Of a stretch of 64,000 bases of DNA, positions 1 to 8,453 are shown one piece after another (positions within the stretch are counted from its first letter, which is position 1; each line of letters starts with the position of its first letter). The translations under genes and the position numbers were made by a program. Source of the stretch: Pseudomonadota bacterium (GTDB lineage: Bacteria; Pseudomonadota; Gammaproteobacteria; Ga0077536); contig JABISZ010000010.1 of NCBI GenBank assembly GCA_018668255.1, forward strand, positions 120,107 to 184,106. Reading direction: 5' to 3'. The notes under the pieces were generated by a model. The model had not been told where the DNA came from, did not search any database, and worked only from the letters and a program-made list of their open reading frames with translations.

Positions 1-1391
1 CCGCGTCAAGAATAGAATCGGAAATCAAACGGCTCAACCTCAGAACTATTCGAGTGGCTTGGGGCGATCAACATGGGATTGTCCGGGGTAAAAACGTGAT
101 GGCCCATGATTTCCTTCTCGCCCTAAAGAACGGTATTGATTTTCAAACAGCTACCTTATTTTTTGACACCACGAATCATATGTTTGCTCCAATGTTTTCT
201 GGTGACGCGGGGATAGGAATGGAGGCACTAGCGGGGGGGCCTGATGCCATACTTGTTCCGGACCCTACTACTTTTCGCACCCTGCCATGGGCTCCAAACA
301 CTGGATGGATTTTATCAGAAATGTACCTCTCCTCCGGAGAGCCCTGCCCTTTTGATAGCCGCGGATTGATGAGGCGTACCCTCAAAAAATTAAGTACTCG
401 AGGCTTTCGCTACATGGCAGGGTTAGAAGTTGAGTTCTATATCACACGTCTTAAAGATCCAATGCATGCCCCAGAACAATCGGGGTGGCCACCAGAACCG
501 CCGATAGTTGACGTGATAGCCCATGGCTTTCAATATTTAACAGAAGAGCGACAAGACGAAATAGATCCTATATTGCAGGTCCTACAGGACAATATAGAGG
601 GGCTTGGTTTACCACTAAGGACTATGGAAGATGAATGGGGTCCCGGGCAATGTGAATTCACGTTCGACCCAACATTAGGACTTGTTAGCGCAGATAACAT
701 GCTCCTTTTCCGGACTGCGGTGAAGCAAATTTGTCGACGAAATGGTTTGCACGCGACCTTTATGACACGACCTGGTTTACCAAATTTTTTCTCTTCCGGT
801 TGGCACTTACACCAGTCTCTCTGTGACACGAAAACCGGAGAAAACATGTTCACAAATAATTCCCAGGGTAAAGAACCGCTCTCTTCAATAGGGATGCAGT
901 TTATGGCTGGGATCTTAAAAAGCACACCAGCAGCATGTGTCTTTTCAACACCAACAATCAATGGCTATAAGCGCTATGCACCACAATCTTTCGCACCCAC
1001 AAAAATCACATGGGCTACCGAAAACCGAGGAGCATTAATAAGGGTTTTGGGAGGGCCAGGAGATAGTGCAACACATATAGAAAATCGCGCAGGAGAGCCC
1101 TGTGCCAACCCTTACCTTTACATGGCTTCGCAAATTATTGCCGGCATTGATGGTATAGACAATGCTCTTAATCCAGGACCAGCAGACACCTCTCCCTATG
1201 AGTCAAATAAACCGCTGTTACCTAGAACACTCATGGAGGCAGTAGCGGAATTAAATGACAATCAACTATTTAGAACGGAATTCGGGCATGATTTTGTTAG
1301 CTATTTTCTAGCACTTAAGCAGTCGGAGATCGATCGTTTCCAAGCCTATGTCACCGACTGGGAACACAGAGAGTATTTCGAGGTTTTTTAA
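1..1391 (+). CDS. glutamine synthetase-family ligase (gamma-glutamyl-amine synthetase-like), 5' end cut by window edge
   Basis: Frame is open from base 3 (ASRIESEIKRLNLRTIRVAWGDQHGIVRGK, the GS N-terminal beta-grasp pattern), so the GTG at 54 is not the real start. Catalytic-domain motifs: GLEVEFY, EDEWGPGQCEF, SSGWHLHQS, ENRGALIRV, ENRAGEPCANPYL. Confidence 0.85.
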   Translation, partial: ASRIESEIKRLNLRTIRVAWGDQHGIVRGKNVMAHDFLLALKNGIDFQTATLFFDTTNHMFAPMFSGDAGIGMEALAGGPDAILVPDPTTFRTLPWAPNTGWILSEMYLSSGEPCPFDSRGLMRRTLKKLSTRGFRYMAGLEVEFYITRLKDPMHAPEQSGWPPEPPIVDVIAHGFQYLTEERQDEIDPILQVLQDNIEGLGLPLRTMEDEWGPGQCEFTFDPTLGLVSADNMLLFRTAVKQICRRNGLHATFMTRPGLPNFFSSGWHLHQSLCDTKTGENMFTNNSQGKEPLSSIGMQFMAGILKSTPAACVFSTPTINGYKRYAPQSFAPTKITWATENRGALIRVLGGPGDSATHIENRAGEPCANPYLYMASQIIAGIDGIDNALNPGPADTSPYESNKPLLPRTLMEAVAELNDNQLFRTEFGHDFVSYFLALKQSEIDRFQAYVTDWEHREYFEVF

Positions 1392-1922
1392 ATGGTGAAT
1401 GAAAGCGATAATTGGCGAGGCAGTAATATTGGCGGATTGAATACCCAAGAAATTGACGAATTTTTGGCTGGTCCATGGCTTGCACGACTTGCGTGCTTAA
1501 AACCAAATGGAAGTCCCTATGTTGTTCCTGTCTGGTACCATTGGGATGGTGCGGCGTTCTGGTTAGTTGCCAGAAAAAAATCAGAATGGGCTCGTTTCAT
1601 TGCCGATGATCCGAGAGTCTCTTTGGTAATCGACGAGCCCGAACCTCCGATTAGAAAAGTTATCTGTGAAGGACTAGCAGAGGTTATTGAAGAACCCGTG
1701 GGTCCCATCTTAGACAATGGAAAAAGTTCAATTTGGAACCAAATAGGTTCAGAACATACTGGGCCTCGGTACTTGGGCGAAAAATCGTCAGAGTATCGTG
1801 ACTCAATAAATACAGAACCATGCTGGACGTTTAAAATCTGTCCTGAAAAACTAGTCACCTGGCAGGGTTTTGATTGGCATGATCGCTATAAAAATACCGA
1901 CAAGACAATGGAAAAAAGGTAG
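1392..1922 (+). CDS. pyridoxamine 5'-phosphate oxidase (PPOX)-family flavin-binding protein
   Basis: 176 aa. WLARLACLKPNGSPYVVPVWYHWDGAAFWLVARKKSEWARFIADDPRVSLVIDE fits the split-barrel PPOX-like pattern. Its ATG directly abuts the upstream stop (TAAATG at 1389-1394). Confidence 0.7.
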   Translation: MVNESDNWRGSNIGGLNTQEIDEFLAGPWLARLACLKPNGSPYVVPVWYHWDGAAFWLVARKKSEWARFIADDPRVSLVIDEPEPPIRKVICEGLAEVIEEPVGPILDNGKSSIWNQIGSEHTGPRYLGEKSSEYRDSINTEPCWTFKICPEKLVTWQGFDWHDRYKNTDKTMEKR

Positions 1923-1927
1923 TTTCC

Positions 1928-2674
1928 TTGGAGATCTTGTCTTCAGCCGACGAGAATCCAGTAGGCATTCTTCGTCCCGATTCGAGGAAAAAATTCTTTT
2001 TAACCTGCGACCATGCAAGCTCCAGTATCCCGCCAGCATTGTGCGATCTCGGTCTCAGTAAGAATGAATTACAGAGACACATTGGGTGGGATATCGGGGC
2101 ATTGGGTGTAGCGCAAGAAATCTCGAAGAGACTTGACGCTACACTGGTTTGGCAAAACTATTCTCGACTCGTCGTGGACTGTAATCGTGTTCTAAAACAT
2201 CCTGGCCTTATTCCTCAGCAGGTCGAAGCTACTTCAATCCTAGGCAACATAAATATAACTGAAGAGGAGCGGCGTCAAAGGATCAGTGAATTCTATAACC
2301 CATATCACCTGAAAATAAAAAGGCTACTCGATACGCGAACCGAAGAAGGCCTGGAAACAATATTTATATCCATACACAGCTTTACACCAGTTTATCTTGG
2401 CCACCAAAGACCTTGGGACCTTGGGGTCCTTTATTCTGATGACGTAGCTTATTCTCACTCTGTCTTAGATAGGCTCTCGCGTGAGACAAACCTCAGAATC
2501 GGAGACAATGAGCCCTACCAAATCGATGAGAAAGACTGCACAATCCCGTTACATGCACTTAAAAGAGGGTTACGGAACACGTTATTTGAAATTAAACAGG
2601 ATTTGATTACCTCAACCGCACATCAAATATCGTGGGGTAAGAAACTTAGCCAAATCCTCGTGGAGACGGCTTGA
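1928..2674 (+). CDS. N-formylglutamate amidohydrolase (FGase, PF05013-like) family amidohydrolase
   Basis: 248 aa. FFLTCDHASSSIP, GWDIGA, SRLVVDCNR, YNPYH, ISIHSFTP and RPWDLGVLY match the family pattern. Starts at a TTG 5 nt after the PPOX stop, so the start is uncertain. Confidence 0.75.
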   Translation: MEILSSADENPVGILRPDSRKKFFLTCDHASSSIPPALCDLGLSKNELQRHIGWDIGALGVAQEISKRLDATLVWQNYSRLVVDCNRVLKHPGLIPQQVEATSILGNINITEEERRQRISEFYNPYHLKIKRLLDTRTEEGLETIFISIHSFTPVYLGHQRPWDLGVLYSDDVAYSHSVLDRLSRETNLRIGDNEPYQIDEKDCTIPLHALKRGLRNTLFEIKQDLITSTAHQISWGKKLSQILVETA

Positions 2675-2701
2675 TCTGTGACTTTTAAAATACAAAATTT
2701 G

Positions 2702-2911
2702 TCAACGAAAGCCGTCAAACAAATAATCGATTAGACGGTGAAAAACCAGCGGAGGCGCCACAATAATGGCTAAAAATGTGAGGTGATCGAGCGCCCCTTT
2801 CAAGCTAGACACAGGCTCCAAATCTACCCCACTTCCGCCCAACCAGAACAAAATCCAGAGCGGCGTAAACAAATAGTTAAAGGCAATGAATACTCTCTTA
2901 ATAGCTTCCAT
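2702..2911 (-). CDS. small hypothetical membrane protein (2 predicted TM helices)
   Basis: The ORF track gives 2702-2977. An internal ATG at 2911 lies 4 nt after the PhyH stop and removes the overlap. Hydrophobic stretches: FIAFNYLFTPLWILFWLGG and LTFLAIIVAPPLVF. No family recognised. Confidence 0.35.
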   Translation of the reverse strand: MEAIKRVFIAFNYLFTPLWILFWLGGSGVDLEPVSSLKGALDHLTFLAIIVAPPLVFHRLIDYLFDGFR

Positions 2912-2915
2912 TTGG

Positions 2916-3788
2916 TTAAGTTCCTTGAGTCGGGTTATTTGTGGAATATTCTTCCAAAAACTCGGAGCGATAACCATCTATCCGCCAAATAATCGGAAAA
3001 AAAGACTCGTCCATTTCGACAGTCCCGAATTTTTTATATCGACTGTAGATACTACTCACAAATTCGGAATGAAACTTATTCTCTGATGACATACAGTGCG
3101 CAACTATCGATCGGCGAGGTCTCTGAGTATGGTTAATATCAGAACCATGCCAAGTCCATCCTTGATGGAAGGCCCCTCCCCCAGCTTTTACCACAATAGG
3201 AACCCTTTCAGGACTTTCGATCCCAGCTGCATCTGCAGCGGCAGAGAGCTCTTTTATCGGATTAGTAGGCGCATGAAATTGATCTATTTTTCCTGATTGT
3301 CCCCAGCGATGAGACCCTCTAACGTACTCAACAGTACCCCCCTCAGCAGTCGTATCATCAAGGGCGATCCAGCAGCTTGCCCAATCAGGTATGGCAGTCC
3401 ACTGCTCGTAGGCCGAATCCTGATGAAATCCCAATGGCTTACCACCAGGAGGCTTCCATAACAAATTATCTTGACTTATTCTAGCCCCCGGCCATCCACC
3501 TAAAGTGGCGCATGCTCGCCCAATATCAGAGCCGAGAATGACCCTCGCAACACCCCTGTCGGACTTCCAAGCGTTACATAACTGTCTTGTGTTCTCGGGC
3601 GGGTCCCGATCAACCTGCCAATTAACTTCGTCAGGAGCAATTCCAGTCTGATACTCTTCGGCAAAAAGCTTATCGAAGCGCTCTCGCAATAAAGCGACAC
3701 TTTCATCGCTAATTATGCGATCAACCTGTACAAATCCATCTGAATGAAAATCAGCGACCTGAGCTTCGGTAACCTTAAATTCTCGCAT
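2916..3788 (-). CDS. phytanoyl-CoA dioxygenase (PhyH)-family Fe(II)/2-oxoglutarate dioxygenase
   Basis: 290 aa. N-terminal FHSDGFVQV, HxD iron motif in LGFHQDSAY, distal His in GAFHQGWTWHGS. Lies 35 nt downstream of the GS-like gene on the same strand. Confidence 0.8.
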   Translation of the reverse strand: MREFKVTEAQVADFHSDGFVQVDRIISDESVALLRERFDKLFAEEYQTGIAPDEVNWQVDRDPPENTRQLCNAWKSDRGVARVILGSDIGRACATLGGWPGARISQDNLLWKPPGGKPLGFHQDSAYEQWTAIPDWASCWIALDDTTAEGGTVEYVRGSHRWGQSGKIDQFHAPTNPIKELSAAADAAGIESPERVPIVVKAGGGAFHQGWTWHGSDINHTQRPRRSIVAHCMSSENKFHSEFVSSIYSRYKKFGTVEMDESFFPIIWRIDGYRSEFLEEYSTNNPTQGT

Positions 3789-3822
3789 GACACTTATTTC
3801 TCACCACATTCTTGAAATCAAA

Positions 3823-5172
3823 CTATACATGAAACAAATATCTTTCTCGCTCAAAAGCGGACACATGACGTCTCATCCGCTCGTCCTCGTCAATACAACA
3901 CACCACGGAATGCGCTATGAAATCTTTGCCAAAGATTCTTTCAGCGGCTCGGCTTTGCCCCATAAGTTCAGCCGCCTCTAGCAGGCTTCGAGGAACAGCC
4001 CCAATATCGCTCGGTACCTTATCGCGACCTATACTGGTCGTCTCGGGGGGAAGCATCAGTTCCTGCTCAATTCCGTATAAACCGGCGCCTAACATCATAG
4101 AAAATACCAGAAAAGGGTTTATATCCGCACCAGGTAGACGGAACTCTACTCTGGCGTTCTCGATAGGGCTAGCGACCAAACGTAGTCCACAAGTGTAATT
4201 ATCATACCCCCAGGTCGCAGTTCTAGGAGCCCAATTACCAGGCGCATACCTTCTATAAGAATTCACATTAGGCGCGTAAAGTGCTGTAAGTTCGGGGATT
4301 AATCTCAGTATCCCAGCGACAAAATGTCTACCTAATGGAGTCAACCTAGGTTTCGGACCACTCCCAAACAGTACTGCTTGACCTGAATTTTTATCCTGTA
4401 AAGAGATTATCGGATGTCCCCCTAAACCAGGGTGATCATCGCTAAGCTGAGCCATAAAAGAGGCCGTCTTTTGCTCTCTACTAAAAAATGCCCGAGTAAA
4501 CATTTTAAAAAAAGCAGCATCATCAGCTGCTTGCAAAAGAGACCTTGCAGGCATTGTCGCTTCTAAACAACCTGGACCTAATTCGCTACACATATGATGG
4601 AGCTCGATATCTCCGTTTCTAAGCGTTTCCTCATATCTACCTAAAAGCTCAGCCGAAATACTAGGTAGCATCGCAGACCAGCATCTATTTTCAGGGCTGT
4701 AACTCTTTAGCTTCTGGTAACCTTCATCCTGCAACTCGCTCGCCGTTTGGTCGAGAATGATGAATTCAAACTCGCTCGCTCCAAGTGCCGAGAAACCCAT
4801 TCTCTCAGCCTTTTTAATCTGCTTCTGAAGCATGGCGCGTGGCGAAATTTTCTTCGAAGGTCCTTCGTAATCTGCTACAACAATTACAGCGTCATCTTCA
4901 AAAGGGTAGCTCCTCAAACTTTTACTGTCGAAAGAACAACTCTCACTCCTAAAAGCTTTATCTACCCTGACTGTATCGTTTGGCCCCCACCAGGGAAGTG
5001 CATCTATAAAGGACCAACCTTTTAAAGCAAATTCTCTAAATTGGGAGAACGGTACTTTCTTCCCCCGCCAGGTGCCGTCTTGATCGAATAATCCAGCGTA
5101 AACATACCGGATATTATTTTCGGCTAGACCAGATAAAAATTGTTCTATTGATTGCGCTTTTCTGGAAGTCAC
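3823..5172 (-). CDS. divergent glutamine synthetase-family protein
   Basis: 449 aa with GS fold motifs: GASEFEFII, SELGPGCLE, GLGGHPIISL, NYTCGLRLV, RVEFRLPGADINPFL. Two normally invariant positions are changed (see findings). Confidence 0.8.
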   Translation of the reverse strand: MTSRKAQSIEQFLSGLAENNIRYVYAGLFDQDGTWRGKKVPFSQFREFALKGWSFIDALPWWGPNDTVRVDKAFRSESCSFDSKSLRSYPFEDDAVIVVADYEGPSKKISPRAMLQKQIKKAERMGFSALGASEFEFIILDQTASELQDEGYQKLKSYSPENRCWSAMLPSISAELLGRYEETLRNGDIELHHMCSELGPGCLEATMPARSLLQAADDAAFFKMFTRAFFSREQKTASFMAQLSDDHPGLGGHPIISLQDKNSGQAVLFGSGPKPRLTPLGRHFVAGILRLIPELTALYAPNVNSYRRYAPGNWAPRTATWGYDNYTCGLRLVASPIENARVEFRLPGADINPFLVFSMMLGAGLYGIEQELMLPPETTSIGRDKVPSDIGAVPRSLLEAAELMGQSRAAERIFGKDFIAHSVVCCIDEDERMRRHVSAFERERYLFHV

Positions 5173-5315
5173 TAGATTCAGGTTTGCTCCGTAAAATTTA
5201 AGAAAAATACATTTGTCTCATAGGATACTATCACTAGACTTATCCATTGCAATGCCGTCATAAATTACGTAATGTTCACAGCAATGAGTACGAAGGCTCA
5301 GAATAAGGAATTCAG

Positions 5316-6791
5316 ATGTCAAATGATACAGATCTAGAACAATATGTCCGCACTCCCAACAGAGATGAACTCGTAAAGGAAGTTCGCGCTAAAATAAATG
5401 AATTAGGAATCCGTTATATTTATTATCAGTTTATCTCCGTTACAGGAAGAATCGTCGGCAAGGGAATTCCTGCCGATCACTGGGAAAGAACTGCAGAAAA
5501 TGGATTCCAGCTTGTCTATGGCTCTACTGCTAACCTTTTTGTCGACAGACACAGTAATTACATTGGCTATGGCCCAGAAGCGATGGAACTCGTTGGGATA
5601 CCCGATCCTGAAACCTTCTGCCAACTGCCATGGGATAAGCGTGTGGCAAGAGTCTATTGTGTATGCTTCCGTAATCGAGAGGAACGGGAGAACCCAGGAG
5701 CATTTTTAACTTCTGATTGTCGTGGAAATCTAAAGAGAATGAATGCCGACTTTCAGGCGCAGCATGGATTGGAATTTCGTGTCGGTACCGAGCCTGAAAT
5801 GATGTGGCTGAAACGCGGCGAAGATGGGAAACCAGACGGAGGTGTCACCAAACCCTACTGCTATCATATAGATCAGTTTGAAAGCTTAAGACCAGTCTTT
5901 ATGCAAGTAATAGAATATGCGCAGGCTATGGGTCTGGACATGATTCAAGGAGACCATGAAGATGCTCCTGGTCAGCTAGAACTCAATTGGCAGTTCGACG
6001 ATGTGGTTAGAAATGCAGATCGGTTATCTACTTATCGTCAAATCTGTGCGCAGGTAGCTCGGGAAAATAACCTTATAGCTTGTTTCATGTCCAAACCATT
6101 TATGGGAGTTTCCGCATCCGGATGCCATACCAACGTCTCCCTATGGAAAGGCGGTGAAAGTCGCGTTAACCGACTCCATAACGACACGCTCCCTGGCATG
6201 GATGACGTGTTTACGTATAGAGTTGGTGGTGAAAATTCGTTTATGCCCGATACCGACGATATTCAAAAGCCAGGGAAGATAGGTCTTCAGTGCGTGGGGG
6301 GCATTGTGAAGCATCTAAGTGCGCTCACCGCCATAGGTTGCTCGACTGTCAATTCCTACCGACGGCTTTGGGATACAGGCTTTTGGGCACCAGTCTTCGC
6401 CGATTGGGGTTATCAAAACCGAACAACTGGGCTGCGCATCTCCGCACCAGGAAGATTCGAATACCGTGCAGTAGATAGTATGGTCAATCCATACCTGCTC
6501 GGCTCTGCGCTTCTAAAAGTTTTTGAAGACGGAATTAATAACGATATAGACCCTGGTGAGCCTGAAAACAGAAACATCTATGAGGCTATGGAAGCTGGGA
6601 AAGAGGTGAAAAGGCTCCCGATGTCTCTTGGAGATGCGCTAAATGAGCTATCAAAAGATGATGTCGTTAAATCTGCGATGCCGGATGAAATGTATAAAGT
6701 CTTTCATTGGTACAAAAACGATGAGTGGGAAAAATTTATGTCGACGGTTACTGACTGGGATCAGGAAATGTATATGGACTGTTTGCCATAA
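5316..6791 (+). CDS. glutamine synthetase-family ligase, GmaS/GlnT (type III-like) subgroup
   Basis: 491 aa. GTEPEMMWL, GDHEDAPGQLELNW, SKPFMGVSASGCHTNVSLW, QNRTTGLRIS and FEYRAVDSMVNPYLL closely parallel the gmaS motifs at 15126-16433. Confidence 0.85.
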   Translation: MSNDTDLEQYVRTPNRDELVKEVRAKINELGIRYIYYQFISVTGRIVGKGIPADHWERTAENGFQLVYGSTANLFVDRHSNYIGYGPEAMELVGIPDPETFCQLPWDKRVARVYCVCFRNREERENPGAFLTSDCRGNLKRMNADFQAQHGLEFRVGTEPEMMWLKRGEDGKPDGGVTKPYCYHIDQFESLRPVFMQVIEYAQAMGLDMIQGDHEDAPGQLELNWQFDDVVRNADRLSTYRQICAQVARENNLIACFMSKPFMGVSASGCHTNVSLWKGGESRVNRLHNDTLPGMDDVFTYRVGGENSFMPDTDDIQKPGKIGLQCVGGIVKHLSALTAIGCSTVNSYRRLWDTGFWAPVFADWGYQNRTTGLRISAPGRFEYRAVDSMVNPYLLGSALLKVFEDGINNDIDPGEPENRNIYEAMEAGKEVKRLPMSLGDALNELSKDDVVKSAMPDEMYKVFHWYKNDEWEKFMSTVTDWDQEMYMDCLP

Positions 6792-6944
6792 AAATAATTT
6801 GCTTAAGTCAGTTGGTATTTAATCTCAAATGGTTAGAATAGGCTAGGCGCTAAGAAAAAGATCGTAAGGTCCTAACAGGCTGTTTGCAGACAGTCAGCCA
6901 ACGTCTAATCTGGAAATCAAGAAAAGGAAATCACGTCGCTAGCT

Positions 6945-8186
6945 ATGTCTATGAGATTGCTTAAATACGCGTTTATAGAGGACTATGCCGAAGATAACTG
7001 GTTCAATACTCCGAGTGATCTGAAAGGCGCTTACGATGTCGTGATTATTGGCGCCGGAGGCCATGGACTTGCGTGCGCCCACTACCTTGCTCAAGATCAC
7101 GGAATTACAAACGTGGCTGTTCTCGATTCTTCCTATATTGGCGGTGGAAACACCGGGAGAAACACTACGATCATAAGATCAAATTACTTAACTCCTGATG
7201 GGGTCAAGTTCTACGATCAGAGTATAAAACTTTTCAAAGATCTTTCATGCGAGCTCGACACCAATATTTTTTTTTCCGAACGTGGGCATTATACCCTCGC
7301 CCACAACACATCTACGCTGCGCACAGCACGCTGGCGTGCAGAAGTAAATAAGCACCTGGGTATAAAAAGCGAGGTTGTCAGCCCAGACGAAGTCTTACGA
7401 GCTTGCCCTGAGATTCAACTCGACTGTGGCGGTTCTCAAGCCGTTGAGGGTGCACTTTATCACGAACCTGGGGCGGTAGCTCGGCATGATGCTGTCGCAT
7501 GGGGCTATGCCAAAAGTGCTTCAGTCAGAGGTGTCGAAATCCATCAGCGCACACCTGTTACCGGGATCAATACCGATTCGCAAGGCATCTCAGAAGTAGT
7601 TACCCCGAAAGGAGTAATCAAAACAAGAACTGTTCTCTCTGCTGTCGCTGGTCAAACTCCCTCGATAACTAAGATGGTGGGAATAAACACTCCCATAGAA
7701 ATATTTCCCCTACAAGCCTGCGTTACAGAGCCTATAAAGCCCTGGCTAAATACGATTATCGTCTCTGGAAGTCTCCACATGTACCTGAGCCAGAGCTCAA
7801 GAGGCGAACTAGTCATGGGAGCTGCTTTAGACCCCATGGAACTTCATTCGAGGCGATCGACTTTCGAATTTGTCACAGGCCTTTGCGATCAAGTGCTCGA
7901 TTTATTCCCTTTCTTAAGTGGAGTGAAAATAAACCGTCAATGGGCTGGAATGGCTGATATGACTCCTGACTTTGCACCGATTATGGGAACGACTCCGGTA
8001 AAAGGATTCTTCTTAGACTCTGGATGGGGAACCTGGGGGTTCAAGGCAACGCCCATCAGCGGTAAAACGATGGCTAATACAATAGCGACCAACTTAAATG
8101 ACCCTTTAATTCAATCTTTCAACTTAGATCGATTTAAAAACTTCAATTTGGTCGGAGAAAAAGGGGCTGCGGCAATTGGACACTAG
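6945..8186 (+). CDS. mgdA: N-methylglutamate dehydrogenase / sarcosine oxidase beta-like FAD subunit
   Basis: 413 aa. Dinucleotide fold DVVIIGAGGHGLACAHYLA with SoxB-like length and pattern. The mgd naming comes from linkage with mgsABC and gmaS. Confidence 0.8.
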   Translation: MSMRLLKYAFIEDYAEDNWFNTPSDLKGAYDVVIIGAGGHGLACAHYLAQDHGITNVAVLDSSYIGGGNTGRNTTIIRSNYLTPDGVKFYDQSIKLFKDLSCELDTNIFFSERGHYTLAHNTSTLRTARWRAEVNKHLGIKSEVVSPDEVLRACPEIQLDCGGSQAVEGALYHEPGAVARHDAVAWGYAKSASVRGVEIHQRTPVTGINTDSQGISEVVTPKGVIKTRTVLSAVAGQTPSITKMVGINTPIEIFPLQACVTEPIKPWLNTIIVSGSLHMYLSQSSRGELVMGAALDPMELHSRRSTFEFVTGLCDQVLDLFPFLSGVKINRQWAGMADMTPDFAPIMGTTPVKGFFLDSGWGTWGFKATPISGKTMANTIATNLNDPLIQSFNLDRFKNFNLVGEKGAAAIGH

Positions 8187-8204
8187 TGCGAGGACTTCGG
8201 CGCC

Positions 8205-8453
8205 ATGAAATTTTTCCAATTTCCTTTATTAGGCACTCGTGCCATCTCAGAATTCGTACCCGCACAGGACGCAATCCTCGAACCGATAGACTTAGAAGAT
8301 AATATATCTGCGGGAGATTGGGTTTATGAGCGTGATAGTGTGCCGAAGATAACTACTGAATTTTGGTATCACTCGACCAGTCAGATTTGGTTCAAAGTAG
8401 AACGTAATACTGGCACTAACCAAATTTATAGAGCGGAGGTACTGCGTGAGTAG
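8205..8453 (+). CDS. mgdB: sarcosine oxidase delta-like small subunit
   Basis: 82 aa between the beta-like and alpha-like subunits. FQFPLLGTRAISEF and EFWYHSTSQIWF align by eye with SoxD CPxCG...EF and WxH...C regions, but the cysteines are absent. Overlaps the next gene by 8 nt. Confidence 0.7.
   Translation: MKFFQFPLLGTRAISEFVPAQDAILEPIDLEDNISAGDWVYERDSVPKITTEFWYHSTSQIWFKVERNTGTNQIYRAEVLRE

Noticed and set aside
530-961. Long antisense or out-of-frame ORFs inside well-supported genes. Examples: 530-961(-), 13367-13747(-), 13959-14447(-), 28156-28587(+), 33445-34179(+), 40454-40891(-).
   Set aside because: Each lies wholly inside a gene with strong family motifs on the other strand or frame. 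Their translations are low-complexity or Ser/Arg/Pro-rich with no recognisable family. They are typical shadow ORFs.
5264-5273. Perfect 10-bp palindrome ATTACGTAAT in the divergent promoter region between two GS-like genes, a possible operator.
   Set aside because: A 10-bp palindrome in a 143-nt AT-rich spacer is not very improbable by chance, roughly 1 in 7 by my estimate. I saw no second copy or recognisable regulator consensus.
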